Positions 37,724-47,594 are shown, numbered from the stretch's first letter. The stretch: 64,000 nt of DNA from Patescibacteria group bacterium (GCA_049604715.1 JBMYTV010000004.1:22535-86534); one strand, 5' to 3'. The notes: generated from the sequence alone by a model not told the origin. Numbers and translations are program-made.

Positions 37724-37997
37724 CTCGCCTTCGCAAGAAGGTGAGAATGAGCTAGTATACACTGGACTTTTAGGTCTATTAGAGCTAAAATGTCATTGAC
37801 AATTGAGATTACCTAACCCCATAAATATTCGTGTTTATGGGCATGGTAGAAAGACTCGTGAAAGATACTGAACCCTGCGTTCAGCGCTTTCACGAGCCAT
37901 ATGGGGAAACTCATATGGGTCCGCAAGGACCAGCTGGCGTGGGGCTTTGTGTTTCCATAGCCAGCGAGCTTAATAATAGTCTACTAACTACACATCT

Positions 37998-39059
37998 ATG
38001 GATACACTATTCCTCCTCTTAATGTTTGGATCAGTTATCTCTTTAATGATCGGACTGATCAAACCTAGTATATTTGAAAAATTATTCAAAAGCATTCCCA
38101 CTAGAAAAAAATTAGCTGGCATCTTTGGTGGAGCAACCATCTTTTTCTTTATTGCTTTCGGCATTACAACTCCTCCAGTTGAACCAACCGAAGAGAACGC
38201 TACTAATATTACTCAACAGGAAGCAGCGGTTGAGACTCCTGAACCAAATAAGATTACTGAATCTGAGGAAGTTATAGATGATACTTCAGAGGCACCTACT
38301 CAGGTCAATAACAGTTTGCAAACGAGTGACGCTAATGAATTAGTTAACAGTCAAAAGTCACAACAAGAAAACACTGAAAACCAAGTACAGCCAGTAGAAA
38401 GTAATAATGAACAATTCTATTCAGTAACCAGCGTAGTAGATGGTGATACAGTAAAAGTAAATATCAATGGAACTACAGAAACCCTCCGCCTCATAGGTAT
38501 AGACACTCCAGAAACCGTCCATCCCTCAAAACCAGTTGAGTGTTTTGGAAACGAGGCGTCAAACAAAGCTAAAGAATTGCTTAGTAACAAACAGGTAAGA
38601 CTGGAATCGGATGTTTCTCAAGGCGAACGTGACGTATATGGTAGATTGCTATCGTATGTATTTTTACCTGACGGCACTAACTTCAACCAACTCATGATCC
38701 AAGAGGGATATGCGTATGAATACACCTACAATATTCCATACAAATATCAATCAGCATTTAAACAGGCACAAACAGACGCACAAAATAACAAACGTGGTTT
38801 GTGGGCAGATGGTGTATGTGACGAATACGAAGACGAGCCAGTAGCAGTTGAACCAGAAGAAACAACTCCACCACCAACTGAGCCAGCTTCAGATGGATAT
38901 AAGTGGTATGTGAGTAGTCACCATAGCTCTAAGCAATACTACTGCGAAACAGATGATGGTTGGAGAGGGTTATCTGAAAGTTATCTGAAAGAATACACTT
39001 CAGAAGCGGCACTTCTAGCAGACTTTCCTAATCACACACTCAATGAGCCATGCAAATAG
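37998..39059 (+). CDS. membrane-anchored thermonuclease (staphylococcal nuclease-like) with C-terminal extension
   Basis: VVDGDTVKV...LRLIGIDTPE...ECFGNEAS...RLESDVSQGERDVYGRLLSYVF...EGYA SNase pattern. Confidence 0.75.
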   Translation: MDTLFLLLMFGSVISLMIGLIKPSIFEKLFKSIPTRKKLAGIFGGATIFFFIAFGITTPPVEPTEENATNITQQEAAVETPEPNKITESEEVIDDTSEAPTQVNNSLQTSDANELVNSQKSQQENTENQVQPVESNNEQFYSVTSVVDGDTVKVNINGTTETLRLIGIDTPETVHPSKPVECFGNEASNKAKELLSNKQVRLESDVSQGERDVYGRLLSYVFLPDGTNFNQLMIQEGYAYEYTYNIPYKYQSAFKQAQTDAQNNKRGLWADGVCDEYEDEPVAVEPEETTPPPTEPASDGYKWYVSSHHSSKQYYCETDDGWRGLSESYLKEYTSEAALLADFPNHTLNEPCK

Positions 39060-40550
39060 TTAAAACGTCATGTCTCGTATACCAGCCATTATGGGTCTGC
39101 AGTTTTTAGTCATAAGACGATCCCAGTTAATTCTGGCTCTAGTTATCCCAAGCGCATAATTAGCTGCCATAACAAACGCATCTACTAAATCATCATATCG
39201 CTCTGAACCAAAGAAGAGTATTTGATTAATCAACTCTTCAGCACCTTCTTCGGGGAATACAATAACACCTTCTTTTATTGCAACACTTATTTCTGCTAAG
39301 CGAGATCGTTTGTCCATGCCTTGTGGTGAGACTCCTTTGGCTGGATAACCTTCTCTGCCCAGGTCATCAACCAGCCAAGCCTGGGCAGCCACATCTTCAA
39401 TCAATAGTTTGGATAAGTTTTCACCACCGAGTTGTTCAGACAATGCTTTTGCTTGGGTGCGAATATCAGAAATATTCAATCGCTTGTTGATGGGATTTGG
39501 TAGCACATAGATCCTAAAGTTTTCGTCATAGCCATAGACCTTTACAGAAACCATGGCTGTTTTGTCTGCTGAATCCTTTAATGATATAGCAGGATCAATA
39601 GCTGTGACTACTTGTCTAAATGGTCGTTTGTCATCTGTATCAGACGGCAGACTCTTGAAATAGTGTATCCATTCAGGCAACACCACTCTGCTGGCATCTG
39701 AAATGAAGTTGAGCATGTATTCACGTTGGAACGTAACTTCATTACCGGTTTTAAGTTTCAGTGACTCAATAGATTTTTGATCAGTAAACTTACCTGACCA
39801 CAACACTTTGTTTTCGTTATTGACTAGTGGATATTCTTTAAAGATCCCATTCATTTTGCGTGATTCAATACCTCGTCTGAGTCTCATGATAACAGAGTCT
39901 TCGTGGAGCAAGTTGCCAATGATTACAATATTGGTATCCTGATCTCCAGCAGGAAATACATCACCCAAAAGCCAGTTATATAACTTGTCCCGTGAGTCTC
40001 TGTTTTTCATGGAATTCAGATCTTCGATATCATCTGCAATGATAAGATCAGGTCTGTGTTCATAATGTCGTATACCACGAATACTTTGATCTGATGAAGC
40101 GACAGTAATTCGAGCATTGTATTGAGGAATGACAATAGAATACGAACCCCATTCTTCATTGGACTCTTCAAATGGTCCAAGGTCGCTTTTGAGTAGTAGA
40201 TTATGCTCAAGTTCCTGCTTTAGATTCATCATCATTTGTTTTGCTTTTTGTTGGGTTTGAGCAAGTATTACTATGAACTTCTTTTGTAGTTTTCCTAAGA
40301 TTGCCCAGATGGGCAGAGAAGTGGAGATAATAGTAGACTTGCCTGATCCTCTGAATGCGACAATAACTGCCAGAGGGATCTTGCCATCTTCGGTAATACT
40401 AAAGATTTCTTTTTGGAATGAAGCGGTTGGGTATTTCACGTAATGAGCAAAGTAGATGTTAAAAAACCAATAATGACTTTCATGTGCTAGAGATCTACGA
40501 ACTATTGGATCTTTCATAACTCGCTCAGCTACTTGTTTAGGATTTGTCAT
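39060..40550 (-). CDS. phage terminase large subunit
   Basis: Walker A AFRGSGKST, Walker B-like LIIADDIED, C-terminal nuclease-like half; 496 aa. Confidence 0.75.
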   Translation of the reverse strand: MTNPKQVAERVMKDPIVRRSLAHESHYWFFNIYFAHYVKYPTASFQKEIFSITEDGKIPLAVIVAFRGSGKSTIISTSLPIWAILGKLQKKFIVILAQTQQKAKQMMMNLKQELEHNLLLKSDLGPFEESNEEWGSYSIVIPQYNARITVASSDQSIRGIRHYEHRPDLIIADDIEDLNSMKNRDSRDKLYNWLLGDVFPAGDQDTNIVIIGNLLHEDSVIMRLRRGIESRKMNGIFKEYPLVNNENKVLWSGKFTDQKSIESLKLKTGNEVTFQREYMLNFISDASRVVLPEWIHYFKSLPSDTDDKRPFRQVVTAIDPAISLKDSADKTAMVSVKVYGYDENFRIYVLPNPINKRLNISDIRTQAKALSEQLGGENLSKLLIEDVAAQAWLVDDLGREGYPAKGVSPQGMDKRSRLAEISVAIKEGVIVFPEEGAEELINQILFFGSERYDDLVDAFVMAANYALGITRARINWDRLMTKNCRPIMAGIRDMTF

Positions 40551-40962
40551 ATGTTTCTTTGTTAGTGGTTAAAGATGCCAGTTCTAAGGCTTTTTCAACG
40601 ATTGCCTGTTGTTCAGGACTCAGTTCTTTTATTTCTCGTTTGAGTTTGGCTGTAACTTCTACTTTAGTGGCATACATAGGGTGGTGATGCTTGAGCCAGA
40701 AGATAATAGCGGTCATGTTTCTATCTTTGATAGCATCAAGTAACTTAGCCTCTGCCATATCATTGACTAGATCAGCACCATGTTTAATTGCTTCACCCGT
40801 GGCTTTAGCAAATTCAGGATCTTCTTTACGCCAGCGATAGTAGGTAGCACGACTGACATTTTCACGACCACAAGCGTATTGAACAATTGGTGTTTTACGT
40901 AAGCGTTCAAGTAATGCTTGTTTGTTTTTCTCTTTTCGTTCGTTAATAGTTTGATTACTCAT
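40537..40962 (-). CDS. phage terminase small subunit-like HTH protein
   Basis: HTH ...CGRENVSRATYYRWRKEDPEF...; overlaps terL by 14 nt. Confidence 0.5.
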   Translation of the reverse strand: MSNQTINERKEKNKQALLERLRKTPIVQYACGRENVSRATYYRWRKEDPEFAKATGEAIKHGADLVNDMAEAKLLDAIKDRNMTAIIFWLKHHHPMYATKVEVTAKLKREIKELSPEQQAIVEKALELASLTTNKETYDKS

Positions 40963-42277
40963 ATTTCTTACGTTTAAGACCAGTTAATTTCTCCCATCTA
41001 TTCATGATTACTTCAGCATAGACGGGTGATTTTTCCATGAGATAGCACCGGCGTTTCATCTTGGTAGCTGCAATCAAAGTAGATCCACTACCACCAAAGG
41101 GTTCTACAATTAGGTCGTCACGTTTGGTTAAGACCTTTATGTAGGGGATTAATATCTCCACTGGCTTTGTGCCAAAGATGATTCCTTGACCAGATGACTG
41201 TTCGTCACTGGCTTTGTAATCAATAAAATCAGTTGGTGCGTATTTTTTACCCTTCTTGTATCCTTCCCAATGTGGTTTGCCTGAAATAGCAAACAAAGCC
41301 GTCTCATATTCTTCTTGTAGTAATGTTTCTTCAGATTCTTGATTCAGTGTTCGTTCTCCGCTAGTGCCAACCATGGCAATGTCATGTTTTGAGAAGAATT
41401 TGTACTTAGCTGCAAATCCTTGTGTTCTATTAGGTAGGCGCCACACAATCATATTTTTAACCTTCCAATGCTTTTCCATTTCGTTCCAGATCGTACGTAT
41501 GTTCTTCCAGTTCTCATACACGATGATTGAGAAGTCGTTCTTTGCCACTTGAGTAATGTTGTTCATCCATAGCTCCGTAAAATTATCTGGTAGTACATCT
41601 GTCTCTAAATACCTACGATCACGTTTGTATCCAAACCCTTCATTCTTTTTGTTTTTCTTTTTACCTTTGAGGTAGTCGAGAATATATGGAGGGTCGGTGA
41701 AGCACATATCAGCTTGCTTTCCATTCATAAGCTTCAGGACATCTGCTTCAACAGTAGAGTCACCACACATGAGCTTTGAGTCACCAAGCTGATACACATC
41801 ACCTTTTTTTACTTTGACTTCTGTGATGTTCAGTTTTTCCAACTCTTTTTTTAAGTCAAATTCTTCTGGATTGTCGTCGATATCAAATACATTATCCAGT
41901 TCCTCGCTGGAGAACCCGACATCTGAAAGAAACGACTCATCAAACTTAGCTAACAGATCAAAGTCAAATTCACCAGTATTTTTGTTGAGTCGGATATTCA
42001 GCTCTTTTTCTTTTTCAAGATCTGGAATGTTGACGTAGACAACTGGAATTGAATCAACACCCAAGTCCTTTGCAATTTTGAGCCTAAAGTGACCTCCGAT
42101 AACTATGTTCATTCTGTCTGGAGCAGAGTTACATATTATTGGGTCAACTAGCCCAAAGCGTTTGATGCTTTCAGTTAGTTGAGCAATGGCATCCTCACTC
42201 CATTTACGTGGATTATATGTTGCGACCTTGAGGTCTTTGGCAGGGAGGTATACAACCTCCATTTTTGCGTTTTGCAT
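40955..42277 (-). CDS. ParB-like nuclease domain fused to a beta-class DNA (N6-adenine/N4-cytosine) methyltransferase
   Basis: N-terminal ParB/Srx (DPIICN...IVIGGHFRLKIAKDLG); motif IV FTDPPY precedes motif I EPFGGSGST. Confidence 0.8.
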   Translation of the reverse strand: MQNAKMEVVYLPAKDLKVATYNPRKWSEDAIAQLTESIKRFGLVDPIICNSAPDRMNIVIGGHFRLKIAKDLGVDSIPVVYVNIPDLEKEKELNIRLNKNTGEFDFDLLAKFDESFLSDVGFSSEELDNVFDIDDNPEEFDLKKELEKLNITEVKVKKGDVYQLGDSKLMCGDSTVEADVLKLMNGKQADMCFTDPPYILDYLKGKKKNKKNEGFGYKRDRRYLETDVLPDNFTELWMNNITQVAKNDFSIIVYENWKNIRTIWNEMEKHWKVKNMIVWRLPNRTQGFAAKYKFFSKHDIAMVGTSGERTLNQESEETLLQEEYETALFAISGKPHWEGYKKGKKYAPTDFIDYKASDEQSSGQGIIFGTKPVEILIPYIKVLTKRDDLIVEPFGGSGSTLIAATKMKRRCYLMEKSPVYAEVIMNRWEKLTGLKRKKYE

Positions 42278-42607
42278 AAGCGTATATGGTTAGTAATTAA
42301 TAAACAAACAAAAAAGGGCCTAAAACAAACCCACTTAACGCAAATAATGCGAAATAGATTTATTTTAGGCCCCGGTCAACGAACAGGAACGAGATGTTCC
42401 CACGCCTTCATACGCCGCAGAGTCTATACGATAACCAACCGCCAGGCTACAAAGCCTTGTATGGCGCCGGTTGATTAAAGATTAATTGTAATGTCCTAGT
42501 ATTAGGGTAGCATATTGCTCAATAACGTTCAAGTCTTGACTGTTGGGGATAAAAAGAGTATGCTAGCAATAACAACAAATGACAAGAAATGATAACAAGT
42601 AACAAGA

Positions 42608-42619
42608 CCTGTTAACAGG
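42608..42619. promoter_or_regulatory. perfect 12-bp palindrome CCTGTTAACAGG, candidate operator of the LexA-like repressor
   Basis: Seen directly, 12 nt upstream of the repressor ATG; CTGT..ACAG half-sites. Confidence 0.4.
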
Positions 42620-42631
42620 CTATTTGCTCAT

Positions 42632-43282
42632 ATGCATATACTCCAACAAAGAATTCTAAATTTAGCTCAACAAGTAGACCTATCAAAACTAGGCTTACGA
42701 AAGCTAGGTAATCTACTCCATGAGAAATGGCCACAGAAGGTGAAGCACCATTTGCTGCAGTTGGAAGAGAACGGTTATGTGAAATTGGATACCAACAAGA
42801 GCCGGGTTATAAAAGTTTTAAAAAAGGGAAAACCAGCTCAGGGCTCAAAATTATTCAGGATCCCCATCTTGGGTTCTGCAAATGCTGGACCTGCTACTAT
42901 ATATGCGGATCAAGATGTTCAGGGTTATTTGCCAATATCTCAAACGGTTTTAGGCAGAAATAGCACCGATGGTTTGTTTGCCATCAGAGTAGTGGGCGAT
43001 TCTTTAAATAGAGCCACGGATGTTAAAGGTGGTCCAGTTAATAATGGTGATTATGTTGTTGTAGATAGTAAAGTAACAAAACCAAGTAATGGTGATTATG
43101 TGCTATCAGTGATTGACCAAGTGGCAAACCTGAAGCGATACTATGAAGATCCTAAGCATCGTGAGATACGACTAGTGTCGGAATCTAGTTTAGACATACC
43201 TCCTATTGTGTTACATGAGAAGGATTTTGATTCATCAGACTATTTAGTTAATGGAAAAATAATTAAAGTTGTAAAGAGTTAG
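42632..43282 (+). CDS. LexA/CI-like repressor (winged-helix N-terminus plus S24 peptidase domain)
   Basis: LexA-like DNA-binding (LLQLEENGYVKL), Ala-Gly cleavage site (SANAGPA), GDSLN serine and LKRY lysine dyad. Confidence 0.75.
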   Translation: MHILQQRILNLAQQVDLSKLGLRKLGNLLHEKWPQKVKHHLLQLEENGYVKLDTNKSRVIKVLKKGKPAQGSKLFRIPILGSANAGPATIYADQDVQGYLPISQTVLGRNSTDGLFAIRVVGDSLNRATDVKGGPVNNGDYVVVDSKVTKPSNGDYVLSVIDQVANLKRYYEDPKHREIRLVSESSLDIPPIVLHEKDFDSSDYLVNGKIIKVVKS

Positions 43283-43285
43283 AGT

Positions 43286-43990
43286 ATGAATATATTTAAC
43301 GAGTATACTTTGAAAGCTAGGATTGTTCCCGCGTGTATTACTTTAATACCTATTTTGGTTTTATATAATTTTTTTCTTCAGTTATATATTAATGATTTTG
43401 TAAATTTCGTAAATAATTTTTTTATACTAGCCAGTAACGTCTCTCTGGCTATAATCATGATTTTTGTTTTTGCTCAATTTGGTAGATCAGTTGGCAAGTT
43501 CTTGTTTGAAAAAATACACTTTAAGGATCAGTTACAATTCCCAACAACTGATTTTCTTTTGTATCAAAATGATAAATTGAGTAAAGAATATAAAGAAAAA
43601 ATCAGACAACAAATTGAGAATGATTTTCAAATAAAGCTTCTGGATCAAAAAGAAGAGAATGCTGATATTGATTCAGCAAGAAAGAAAATAGTAGAAGCAG
43701 TTGGCTTGGTTAGAAATAAAGTAAAGGACGGGAGGTTATTATTACAGCATAATATAGAGTATGGTTTTTATAGAAATGTTGTTGGTGGATCGGTAATTGC
43801 CACTGCTATCTCGATATTGAATATGCTTCTTTTTTTAATTTATTTGCCAAATGAAATTGCGCTTACCTTATCAGTGATTTTGTTTGTAGTTTATTTAATG
43901 CCAATAATATTTAGTAAAAAAATTTTAAATACGCATGGACATAAATACGCAGAACTACTTTTTCAAGAATATCTTTCTAACACAAATTAA
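43286..43990 (+). CDS. membrane protein, hypothetical
   Basis: 234 aa, 3-4 TM helices, Lys-rich central segment. Confidence 0.4.
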   Translation: MNIFNEYTLKARIVPACITLIPILVLYNFFLQLYINDFVNFVNNFFILASNVSLAIIMIFVFAQFGRSVGKFLFEKIHFKDQLQFPTTDFLLYQNDKLSKEYKEKIRQQIENDFQIKLLDQKEENADIDSARKKIVEAVGLVRNKVKDGRLLLQHNIEYGFYRNVVGGSVIATAISILNMLLFLIYLPNEIALTLSVILFVVYLMPIIFSKKILNTHGHKYAELLFQEYLSNTN

Positions 43991-44001
43991 TATTAATTAA
44001 T

Positions 44002-44922
44002 ATGACAAGGATACACTTTTTAAATGTTGGGGCCGGAGACTGTGCAATTATACACTTTCCTCCAAGAGAAATAACTGATGCTAGTGGTCGTTTAATAAAA
44101 ACTAAAAATGAAAGGATCATGATGATTGATATGAATCATCATGATAGCCACGATGAATACGAAGACGTTATTAGCTACTATAAGTTACATTTCGGCACAA
44201 AACCTATATTTAGGTTTATTTGCACGCACCCACATCACGATCATATATGTGGATTACATAAAATTTTTGCAGATCAGGATATAGAAATTTTAAATTTTTG
44301 GGACGTCATTCATGGCTTTGCACCCGAAAGTTTTGACGGTCATACTTGGCATAAAGCTGATTGGGACACATATCAACATTTGAGGAGTGACAGTACCCAA
44401 ACTCCGAAAACGATAAATGTTCTTAGAGAGACTGCTCCTTTTGCTTTTTGGGATGATAGTGAGGATAGGATCAGTGTATTGTCGCCAACTTTAGATATGA
44501 TTAAAGAGTTGCATGGACCTAAGCAGGATGGAAGTAAGCGTGAAGCTCACGAGGTGGATATTGATGATTTATCTTATGCTCTATTGCTTAAGATTGGTCC
44601 TATTAAGGTGGTTTTTGCCGGAGACGGACGTGAACAGGTTTGGAATGATATAGTTGAGAATTGCGGCTCTTTAATACAAAATACTCATATATTAAAGGCT
44701 GGTCATCATGGACATGAGTCAGGTTTTCATGAGGAAGCTATTAAGTTAATGGATCCAGAATTTATTATTTTTTCGAATAGTGCTAATGAAGATGGTAAAA
44801 ACGGGGCTAGTTCATTGTATGAAACAGCTGTGCCAGGAGTTGATGTATATAAGACGTTCGAACTAGGTAATATCATTGCTAACTGTGATTACGACGGATC
44901 AATAGAGTTTGAATATAGTTAA
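44002..44922 (+). CDS. metallo-beta-lactamase-fold hydrolase (ComEC-like MBL domain), standalone
   Basis: HFLNVGAGDCAII, THPHHDHICG (HxHxDH), KAGHHGHESG. Confidence 0.65.
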   Translation: MTRIHFLNVGAGDCAIIHFPPREITDASGRLIKTKNERIMMIDMNHHDSHDEYEDVISYYKLHFGTKPIFRFICTHPHHDHICGLHKIFADQDIEILNFWDVIHGFAPESFDGHTWHKADWDTYQHLRSDSTQTPKTINVLRETAPFAFWDDSEDRISVLSPTLDMIKELHGPKQDGSKREAHEVDIDDLSYALLLKIGPIKVVFAGDGREQVWNDIVENCGSLIQNTHILKAGHHGHESGFHEEAIKLMDPEFIIFSNSANEDGKNGASSLYETAVPGVDVYKTFELGNIIANCDYDGSIEFEYS

Positions 44923-44942
44923 GACATATACTTAAAAAAATT

Positions 44943-45977
44943 TTGACCAGTATGGCAATTTTTATACCAGATAAAAACATAAAATCTAATGATAGCTTTG
45001 GTCAAGCTGTTAATAAAGCGCATTTAGACTATATAAATTCAGAGCTCAAAAACAGGAAACTGAAAGGTTTCACAGTTGCTGGTGTTGAAATAATTTTGAG
45101 CGGTAAGCATAAAGTTTACTTTGATGGGGAAGTACAAATGTCAATTGAGTTCAAAGATAAAAAACTCAAACCGTCGGATAAGGGGAAAAACATTAGCTTA
45201 AATTTACATGATATTAAAGATATTAAATGGCAGGACCCTAAGTTAAAAAAGAATGCTGCTAGAATACTCATCTGGCGCTTTAATAACGACTGGTGGATTT
45301 GGGATGCTGATTTTAAGCAAAACAAAAAGCTTGAGGAAAGTTTTAAAATTTCTAGAAGTTTTGCTGTGCGAGGTGGAGGTTACATGCCTCTGAGTTTACG
45401 ACGAAAAGAAAGACCTGATTTCATCAGTGGGTGGAAAGATGGATTGGATAAAGAGCTCTCAGCAATGTGGAGGCGACATATAACGGTTTCGCAGCGCTAT
45501 CGAGGGGTAATAGTATATGATGGTAACTATTTCGATCTATTTTCTCATGCCCAAGAACTTTATGTATTAGGTTATTATTATTCGTCGATAGTGATATGTC
45601 GTACTGCTGCAGAGCAGGCGTTAATTCAGATATTACGAAAATCTGGAAAGGGATTTGAGATATACAAAAGAAATAAAGGAAAGAAAAAGTTAAAAAGTAT
45701 TGAGCAGTTAACCACGGCTTGTCGTAGTTATGCCTTATTTCATAAAAAATATCCAATTAATAAAACGGCTGCACGTAAAGCGAATGAGATATCTGTAATA
45801 GCAGGAAATTTAGTACATCCTAAGACCGGTTTAAAAGAATTGGATGTGTATAAAGAGGACGCATTAAAGTGCATGGATAACTTGCAGTATATAATAAAGA
45901 ACCATTTAAATTTTATCAAAGATACTGGAGTTGTATCTGGTTATAAAATAACAGGTTCTTCTAAGCGATTAAAATAG
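44943..45977 (+). CDS. hypothetical protein
   Basis: 344 aa, Lys-rich, no recognised motif; tightly spaced within the operon. Confidence 0.4.
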   Translation: MTSMAIFIPDKNIKSNDSFGQAVNKAHLDYINSELKNRKLKGFTVAGVEIILSGKHKVYFDGEVQMSIEFKDKKLKPSDKGKNISLNLHDIKDIKWQDPKLKKNAARILIWRFNNDWWIWDADFKQNKKLEESFKISRSFAVRGGGYMPLSLRRKERPDFISGWKDGLDKELSAMWRRHITVSQRYRGVIVYDGNYFDLFSHAQELYVLGYYYSSIVICRTAAEQALIQILRKSGKGFEIYKRNKGKKKLKSIEQLTTACRSYALFHKKYPINKTAARKANEISVIAGNLVHPKTGLKELDVYKEDALKCMDNLQYIIKNHLNFIKDTGVVSGYKITGSSKRLK

Positions 45978-45996
45978 GTATTTTTTAATTAATAAC

Positions 45997-47097
45997 ATGA
46001 AACCTCATCTCAAAGAACATCAATATTACTCCGACCTATACGACCGTCATACAGTCGAAAATTGTCGCGGGATAGAATCAAGATATAACGAATCTATCAA
46101 GAACAGAGTTGGCAAGAAAATGACAGAGAAAGACAGTGCTAACCTAACAGCTCATAGGCTGATAATGTACTTTGAAACTGGAGAGCGATACATCAAGAAA
46201 CAAAAAACTATAGATGAATGGATAGCTAGAGATACAGCCAGAGATGATTTATATAATTCAGCTCAAGCCTCAGAGGAAATACGCTGTTTAACGTGCAGTA
46301 CATTAATGACAGTTACTTTAAAAGATTTACAGATTTCAATACTTGAAGATTCTAAAGATAGAATACTATTCATGTATGATTGTCCTAACAAATGCCTACC
46401 CAGACGGGCTTTTTTTGATAATGGTGAAGAATGGAAACCAAAAGTACATTTATGCCCTAAATGTAATACTGAACTAGAATCTTCTAATGAAAGAAAGGGA
46501 GATAAAGTAATAACTACCGAGACTTGTAATCAATGCGATTATTCAAATGTAGATGAATTAGATTTGTCTGCTAAAAAAGAAAAACCCAAAATAGATAAAG
46601 ATTTTGAAAAAGATAGAGCTAGGTTTTGTTTAAGTGAAGAAGAAGGGCAGAAGTATATTCAAGCAAAAACAAATATGGAGCAAATGAAGCACTTGGTTGA
46701 TGAAATGAAAGAACGAGAAAAGAATAAGGATACTTATGATAAAGTCGCCAAGCTCAAAAAACTCACCTTAGTTCAATTAGAAAACACTCTGACCCCAGAG
46801 CTTGAAAAGAATGGCTATATAAAATTAGAATTAGCCACTCCAGAAATGGATAAAGATGTAATAGTAGGTTTTACGGTCAGGGAAAGCAAAGATGATCGAG
46901 AAGAATATGATAGCAAAAATCAACTTAAGAAGTTGGTCCAGAATTTACTCAAAGATACCAACTGGCGATTGATGAGTGATGGGATTCATTATAGATTAGG
47001 TATCCTCCAGGGGAGACTCAGGGCTTACGAGAGGGAAGGAGATTTGAAGAAACTTGTTTTATCACAACTGCGACAGAAGAGTAAAGAAGTTGTATAA
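45997..47097 (+). CDS. hypothetical protein with two Cys4 zinc-ribbon-like motifs and a central coiled coil
   Basis: CLTCST...CPNKC and CPKCNT...CNQCD; KE-rich helical middle. Confidence 0.4.
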   Translation: MKPHLKEHQYYSDLYDRHTVENCRGIESRYNESIKNRVGKKMTEKDSANLTAHRLIMYFETGERYIKKQKTIDEWIARDTARDDLYNSAQASEEIRCLTCSTLMTVTLKDLQISILEDSKDRILFMYDCPNKCLPRRAFFDNGEEWKPKVHLCPKCNTELESSNERKGDKVITTETCNQCDYSNVDELDLSAKKEKPKIDKDFEKDRARFCLSEEEGQKYIQAKTNMEQMKHLVDEMKEREKNKDTYDKVAKLKKLTLVQLENTLTPELEKNGYIKLELATPEMDKDVIVGFTVRESKDDREEYDSKNQLKKLVQNLLKDTNWRLMSDGIHYRLGILQGRLRAYEREGDLKKLVLSQLRQKSKEVV

Positions 47098-47104
47098 TAT
47101 ATTC

Positions 47105-47581
47105 ATGAAGTCAAGAGAAATATTAAAACTTATTCTTGCCATAGGTATTTCACAGCTCGCAGGAATTATAGGATCGCTCTTTACCGCATCATCAATTCCT
47201 AACTGGTATGCAACTATTGAGAGGCCAGCACTGAATCCGCCGAGTTGGGTATTCGGTCCTGTCTGGACAACGCTTTATGCCCTCATGGGAATTGCTGCTT
47301 TTTTAGTCTGGAAGCAAGGCTGGGAGAAAAAGAAAGTGAAAATAGCTCTTGGAATGTTTGGTGTCCAGCTATTTTTAAACTCTATATGGTCTATTATCTT
47401 TTTCGGGTTAAATAATCCTGGTTGGGCGTTGGTTGATATCGTACTCCTGTGGTTTGCAATTGTCTGGACTATGGTTGTTTTCTATAAGATCTCAAAACCA
47501 GCTATGTATCTCCTTGTTCCATACATCCTCTGGGTATCATTTGCAACCTACTTAAACTATGCTATTTGGGCTCTCAATTAA
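47105..47581 (+). CDS. tspO: TspO/MBR-family tryptophan-rich membrane protein
   Basis: WYATIERPALNPPSWVFGPVWTTLYALMGIAAFLVW; 5 TM helices. Confidence 0.7.
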   Translation: MKSREILKLILAIGISQLAGIIGSLFTASSIPNWYATIERPALNPPSWVFGPVWTTLYALMGIAAFLVWKQGWEKKKVKIALGMFGVQLFLNSIWSIIFFGLNNPGWALVDIVLLWFAIVWTMVVFYKISKPAMYLLVPYILWVSFATYLNYAIWALN

Positions 47582-47594
47582 TTGGCTTGATGTT

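Noticed and set aside
37831-38022. 63-aa plus-strand ORF
   Set aside because: Sits in a hairpin-dense spacer, is Gly/Pro-rich and has no RBS; more likely structured non-coding DNA.
42179-42478. 99-aa plus-strand ORF
   Set aside because: Overlaps the 5' end of the ParB-methyltransferase gene on the opposite strand and the divergent control region; no support.
47054-47104. Upstream start for the TspO ORF (47054) and for 47559, 27840, 17838, 61337
   Set aside because: Each extension overlaps the preceding gene. Internal ATGs placed right after the upstream stop (47105, 47595, 27888, 17874, 61400 with GGAGG) give non-overlapping, better-supported starts.
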